64,000 nt of DNA from Spirochaetia bacterium (GTDB lineage: Bacteria > Spirochaetota > Spirochaetia > SZUA-6 > Bin103), in contig CBDATQ010000002.1 of NCBI GenBank assembly GCA_965199955.1, positions 672,001 to 736,000 on the forward strand, in the 5' to 3' direction. This document shows, one piece after another, positions 60,545 to 64,000 of the stretch; position 1 is the stretch's first letter; each line of letters starts with the position of its first letter. The notes under the pieces are model-generated. The model did no database searches. It saw only the letters and a program-made list of their open reading frames with translations, and was not told the DNA's origin. Made by a program: the position numbers and the translations under genes.

Positions 60545-61480
60545 CTACTCCTTGATGGCGCCGATCATGATGCCTCGCACGAAATAGCGCTGGATGAACG
60601 GATACACCAACAGGATCGGCGCGACGCTGACGATCACAATCGCGGCTCGCATCTTGGCCAGCCAGCCGTTGCGAATGTAGGCGGCGCTGGCGTCTTCTTC
60701 CAGGCCCTCGATGATGCTGTTGATGTTGCCGCCGAAGTCGCGCAGGATCAGAAATCGACGCAGGACGATGGTCAGCGGCATCTTCTCCTGATCGTACAGA
60801 TAGACCATCGGGCGAAAGAACTCGTTCCACATCGACACGGCGGCGAACAGGCCGATCGTTGCCAGAATCGGCACGATCAGCGGCAGCACGATGCGCAGGT
60901 AGATCAGGAAGTCGCCGCCGCCGTCGATGTACACGGAGTCCTTCAGCGACTGATGCACCGTCTGTCGGATGGCGGTGCGGAAGATGAAGATGTAGAAGGG
61001 ATTGACCGCCGTGGGCAGCACGATGGCCCACAGGGTGTTGACCATGCCCAGGGTCCGGATCCACAGGAACACCGGGATCAGGCCGCCCTCGAAGAACATC
61101 ATTGCCGCCAAGTAGAGGGACACCGACCGCTTGAAACGGAAGCGGTCCTCGGCCAGCACGAAACCGGCCATCGAGGACAGCCACCCCACCAGCACCGTGA
61201 ACACGGTCGCATACAGGATGGAGTTCAAGTAGGCGCGAAGGATGAGCGGGTTGCGGAATACGAACTCGTAGATCTCGAACCCCATCCCGCGCGGCCACAG
61301 GACGATGCGGCCCAGCCCGACGTCCGCATAGCTGCTGATCGACACGGAGAACAGGTAGATGAACGGGTACAGGCAGACCACGCAGACCAGCACGCCCAGG
61401 GCGGCATTGCACACGTCGAACACGCGCGACGGCATCGACTCCCGGTAGCGGACCGGCCTCCTGGCGTGCGGCTCCGTCAT
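60545..61480 (-). CDS. Carbohydrate ABC permease (LplC-like)
   Basis: GGLIP, IDGG, GLFAAV..WNEFF, YPFIQRYFVRGIMIGAIKE. Confidence 0.9.
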   Translation of the reverse strand: MTEPHARRPVRYRESMPSRVFDVCNAALGVLVCVVCLYPFIYLFSVSISSYADVGLGRIVLWPRGMGFEIYEFVFRNPLILRAYLNSILYATVFTVLVGWLSSMAGFVLAEDRFRFKRSVSLYLAAMMFFEGGLIPVFLWIRTLGMVNTLWAIVLPTAVNPFYIFIFRTAIRQTVHQSLKDSVYIDGGGDFLIYLRIVLPLIVPILATIGLFAAVSMWNEFFRPMVYLYDQEKMPLTIVLRRFLILRDFGGNINSIIEGLEEDASAAYIRNGWLAKMRAAIVIVSVAPILLVYPFIQRYFVRGIMIGAIKE

Positions 61481-61487
61481 GCGGACA

Positions 61488-62414
61488 CTACCAGATGCCC
61501 TCACCGCGGATGCGGATCGACAGCTTGTTGATCACCAGGACGACCCCGAACGACACCAGGTTGTTGAGCAGACCGATCGCCGTTCCGTAGGAGAACTCTC
61601 CTCCCTGGATGCCGCGACGATACACGTAGGTGGCGATGACGTCGGCGGTCTCGTAGATGCCGGGGTTCTGCATCAGGAAAGCCTTCTCGAAGCCCACCTG
61701 CACGACGTTGCGCGTGGCCAGGATGAACAGCACCACCATCGTCGGCATGATTCCGGGGACGGTGATGAAGCGCACCTGCTGCAGCCGTCCGGCTCCGTCG
61801 ATTCTGGCCGACTCGTACAGCTCGACGCTGATGCCGGCCATCGCCGCCAGATAGATTATCGTCCCCCAGCCGACGTCCTGCCAGACGCCGGAGGCGACGT
61901 ACAGCGGGCGGAACCAGGCAGGGTCGCTCAGGAAATCGGGCTCGAAACCCAAGCGGTTGACTACCTGCGTCGCCAAGCCGTCGAAGCTGAAGAACTGGTA
62001 GATCAGGCCGACGACGATGACCACGGCGATGAAGTGCGGCAGGTAGGAGATCGACTGCACCACCCGTTTGAACCAGCGCACGCGCATCTCGTTCAACAAC
62101 AACGCGAAGATGATTGGTGCCGGAAACCCGAATGCCAGGTTGAGTGCGCCGAGCAGCAGCGTGTTGCGCACCAGGCGCCAGAGAAAGGGATCGGCCAGGA
62201 AGTCCTCGATGTACTTCAGGCCGATCCACTCGCCTCCGAAGAACCCATCCAGCGGGGTGTAGCGCTTGAAGGCGATGGTGATGCCGTAGATCGGTACCCA
62301 GTGGAAGACGAACGACCACAGGATCACGATGCCGATCATGACGTACAGAGCGGGGGCCTGACGGATCGACCGTCTGGTCGCGGCGCCGCTCGCGGCGACG
62401 GCCTGCTGGTTCAT
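61488..62414 (-). CDS. Carbohydrate ABC permease (LplB-like)
   Basis: YLPHFI, GWGTIIYLAA, LYESARIDGAGR, DVIATYVY. Confidence 0.9.
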   Translation of the reverse strand: MNQQAVAASGAATRRSIRQAPALYVMIGIVILWSFVFHWVPIYGITIAFKRYTPLDGFFGGEWIGLKYIEDFLADPFLWRLVRNTLLLGALNLAFGFPAPIIFALLLNEMRVRWFKRVVQSISYLPHFIAVVIVVGLIYQFFSFDGLATQVVNRLGFEPDFLSDPAWFRPLYVASGVWQDVGWGTIIYLAAMAGISVELYESARIDGAGRLQQVRFITVPGIMPTMVVLFILATRNVVQVGFEKAFLMQNPGIYETADVIATYVYRRGIQGGEFSYGTAIGLLNNLVSFGVVLVINKLSIRIRGEGIW

Positions 62415-62534
62415 GGTGCGGTGTCGCGGGCCCGGACGACGTGGCATCGCCGCACGGCGTAGGTGCGGCAGGGCCGGCGGCACCGCCGTGGGTACGGCTG
62501 TGCCGCCAGCCTGCAACGAGCCATGCTGGTGCGA

Positions 62535-64000
62535 CTACAGCGAGCGGTATCGCTCCAGCGCGGCCTGGTAGATCTCCTCGAGGCGTGCGTGTCCCAGTTC
62601 CTGCAGGCGCGCCACGAAGTCGTCCCACTCGGCGATCGGCCGGTGGCCGTTGACGAACGCGACCACCTGTTCGTCGACATAGGTGGCCAGGGCGGCTTCC
62701 AGGGAGTTCTTCTCCTCCTGCTCCTCGGTTGTGAACGGAAACCCCGGCTCGGGCGTCGCATTCCACACGTCGGCCGCCTTGAACTGCTCGATCACGGGCA
62801 GGTTGGGCAACTGCGATTCCACGCCGGGCGCGGTCACGTCGTAGTAGCGTCCCAGGTTGTCCTTGCCCCACGTGTCGCGCGGGTGCATCACCGAAAACTG
62901 GCCGATGCCCAACCCGCGCGTCTTCGACCGAGCCGGATCCGCCTCGACCTCAGCGGCCGGATAGAAGCCGCTCCAGTTGAGGATCCAGCGGCGACCCCAG
63001 AACGGGTTGGCGTCGGCGACCCAAGCGTAGCCCTCCGGACCGTAGTTGAGCAGCTCGGCACCGTCGTCGCTGTAGGCGTAGTCCATCATGCGCACGGCGG
63101 CGTCGACCGCATGGCTCTTGGCATCGATCACGATGACGCTGTCAGACACCCGTTTCGGGGCGCGGATGTTCGCCCGTACCCCTTCGTAGACAGGAGGCAG
63201 CAGGTTGACTTCCTGCGACAGCAACAGGTCCAGGTGCTCGGGCGGCTTGTTGACCATCCGATCGCCGAAGTTGCCACCGATCGGGCCGAAGAAGACCGCG
63301 TATCCGTCCTGCTCGTACAGAGAGACCTGCTCCTCCTCCGTCATGGTGACCCACGCGGGATGCAGCCAGCCGTTGGCGTACGCCTTGGACAGGAACTCGA
63401 TGGCGCCGCGAAAGCGGCTGGTGGCCGGGCCCCAGACGTACTGGTCGTCGTCGTCGTACCACATGCGGATCCAGGTGCCCAGCATGTGGGTCATGGGCCG
63501 CACGACCCAGCCGCGGATCGCGCTGCCGCGTCGGTTGATGATCATCGGTTGCGGGGTGCGGCCCTGGTTGTAGCCCTGGTACACGGCGGCGAATGCGGTC
63601 TCCCAGTCCTCAAGCGTCTCGATGGAGCCCGCGACATCGTCGATGTCGCCGTCCCAGCCGCCGGCGGTCAGGTGGTCCTTGCGAACCTTGATGCCGACCA
63701 TGGGTGCGCTGGCCCACATGCTGAGCCGCGGCAAGGCGTAGGTATTGCCGTCCGGTGCGACCTTCAGCGCTTCCGGAACGTCGGCGAGCACGCCGGCCAG
63801 GTTGGGCATCGCGCCCGCGTCGAGCTGCTCGGAGATGTTCACGAACGCGCCGCGCGGGCCGAGGTCGAAGTGGATGTTGCGGATGTCCGGACTGGTCAGA
63901 CTCATGACGTCGGGCAGGTCGCCGGCGGCGAGCATCGTCTGCACCCGCGTCGCCTGGTCCTCGGACGACACGTTGATCGGCACGATGCGTGCGCCGACCT
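62535..64000 (-). CDS. Carbohydrate ABC extracellular solute-binding protein (LplA-like), 5' end outside window
   Basis: AAGDLPD, PDGNTYALP, NYGPEG, EWDDFV..L..LG..IYQAALERY. Confidence 0.88.
   Translation of the reverse strand, partial: VGARIVPINVSSEDQATRVQTMLAAGDLPDVMSLTSPDIRNIHFDLGPRGAFVNISEQLDAGAMPNLAGVLADVPEALKVAPDGNTYALPRLSMWASAPMVGIKVRKDHLTAGGWDGDIDDVAGSIETLEDWETAFAAVYQGYNQGRTPQPMIINRRGSAIRGWVVRPMTHMLGTWIRMWYDDDDQYVWGPATSRFRGAIEFLSKAYANGWLHPAWVTMTEEEQVSLYEQDGYAVFFGPIGGNFGDRMVNKPPEHLDLLLSQEVNLLPPVYEGVRANIRAPKRVSDSVIVIDAKSHAVDAAVRMMDYAYSDDGAELLNYGPEGYAWVADANPFWGRRWILNWSGFYPAAEVEADPARSKTRGLGIGQFSVMHPRDTWGKDNLGRYYDVTAPGVESQLPNLPVIEQFKAADVWNATPEPGFPFTTEEQEEKNSLEAALATYVDEQVVAFVNGHRPIAEWDDFVARLQELGHARLEEIYQAALERYRSL

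Noticed and set aside
1..64000. CRISPR arrays, tRNA/rRNA, transposases, integrases, prophage genes
   Set aside because: None recognised by eye; short or degenerate RNAs could be missed without Infernal/tRNAscan.

Overview
This is a high-GC bacterial chromosomal segment with no rRNA, tRNA, CRISPR array or recognisable transposase. It is dominated by scavenging and catabolic genes: four ABC importer loci (none with an ATPase gene in the window), three sulfatases, four PhyH-type Fe/2OG dioxygenases, a GH116 and two large uncharacterised (alpha/alpha)-barrel-like proteins. It also has beta-oxidation genes, aceE-aceF, hemL and a CP-ATP-grasp/alpha-E pair. Region 10.2-21.0 kb looks like a defence/TA hotspot: RHH+MazF, Uma2, a collapsed TA remnant, an hsdR remnant and GNAT+DUF1778. 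Its core is the best candidate for an undescribed system: two tandem P-loop NTPases, the second with winged-HTH and TPR domains, behind a perfect 13-bp inverted repeat and coupled to hsdR. A second pattern is that many genes keep both ends but have lost their middle, and several others carry single-base frameshifts. This suggests deletional decay, although assembly error cannot be excluded. The gene repertoire resembles that of marine sponge-symbiont genomes (inference only). All family assignments come from motif recognition by eye, not database searches.
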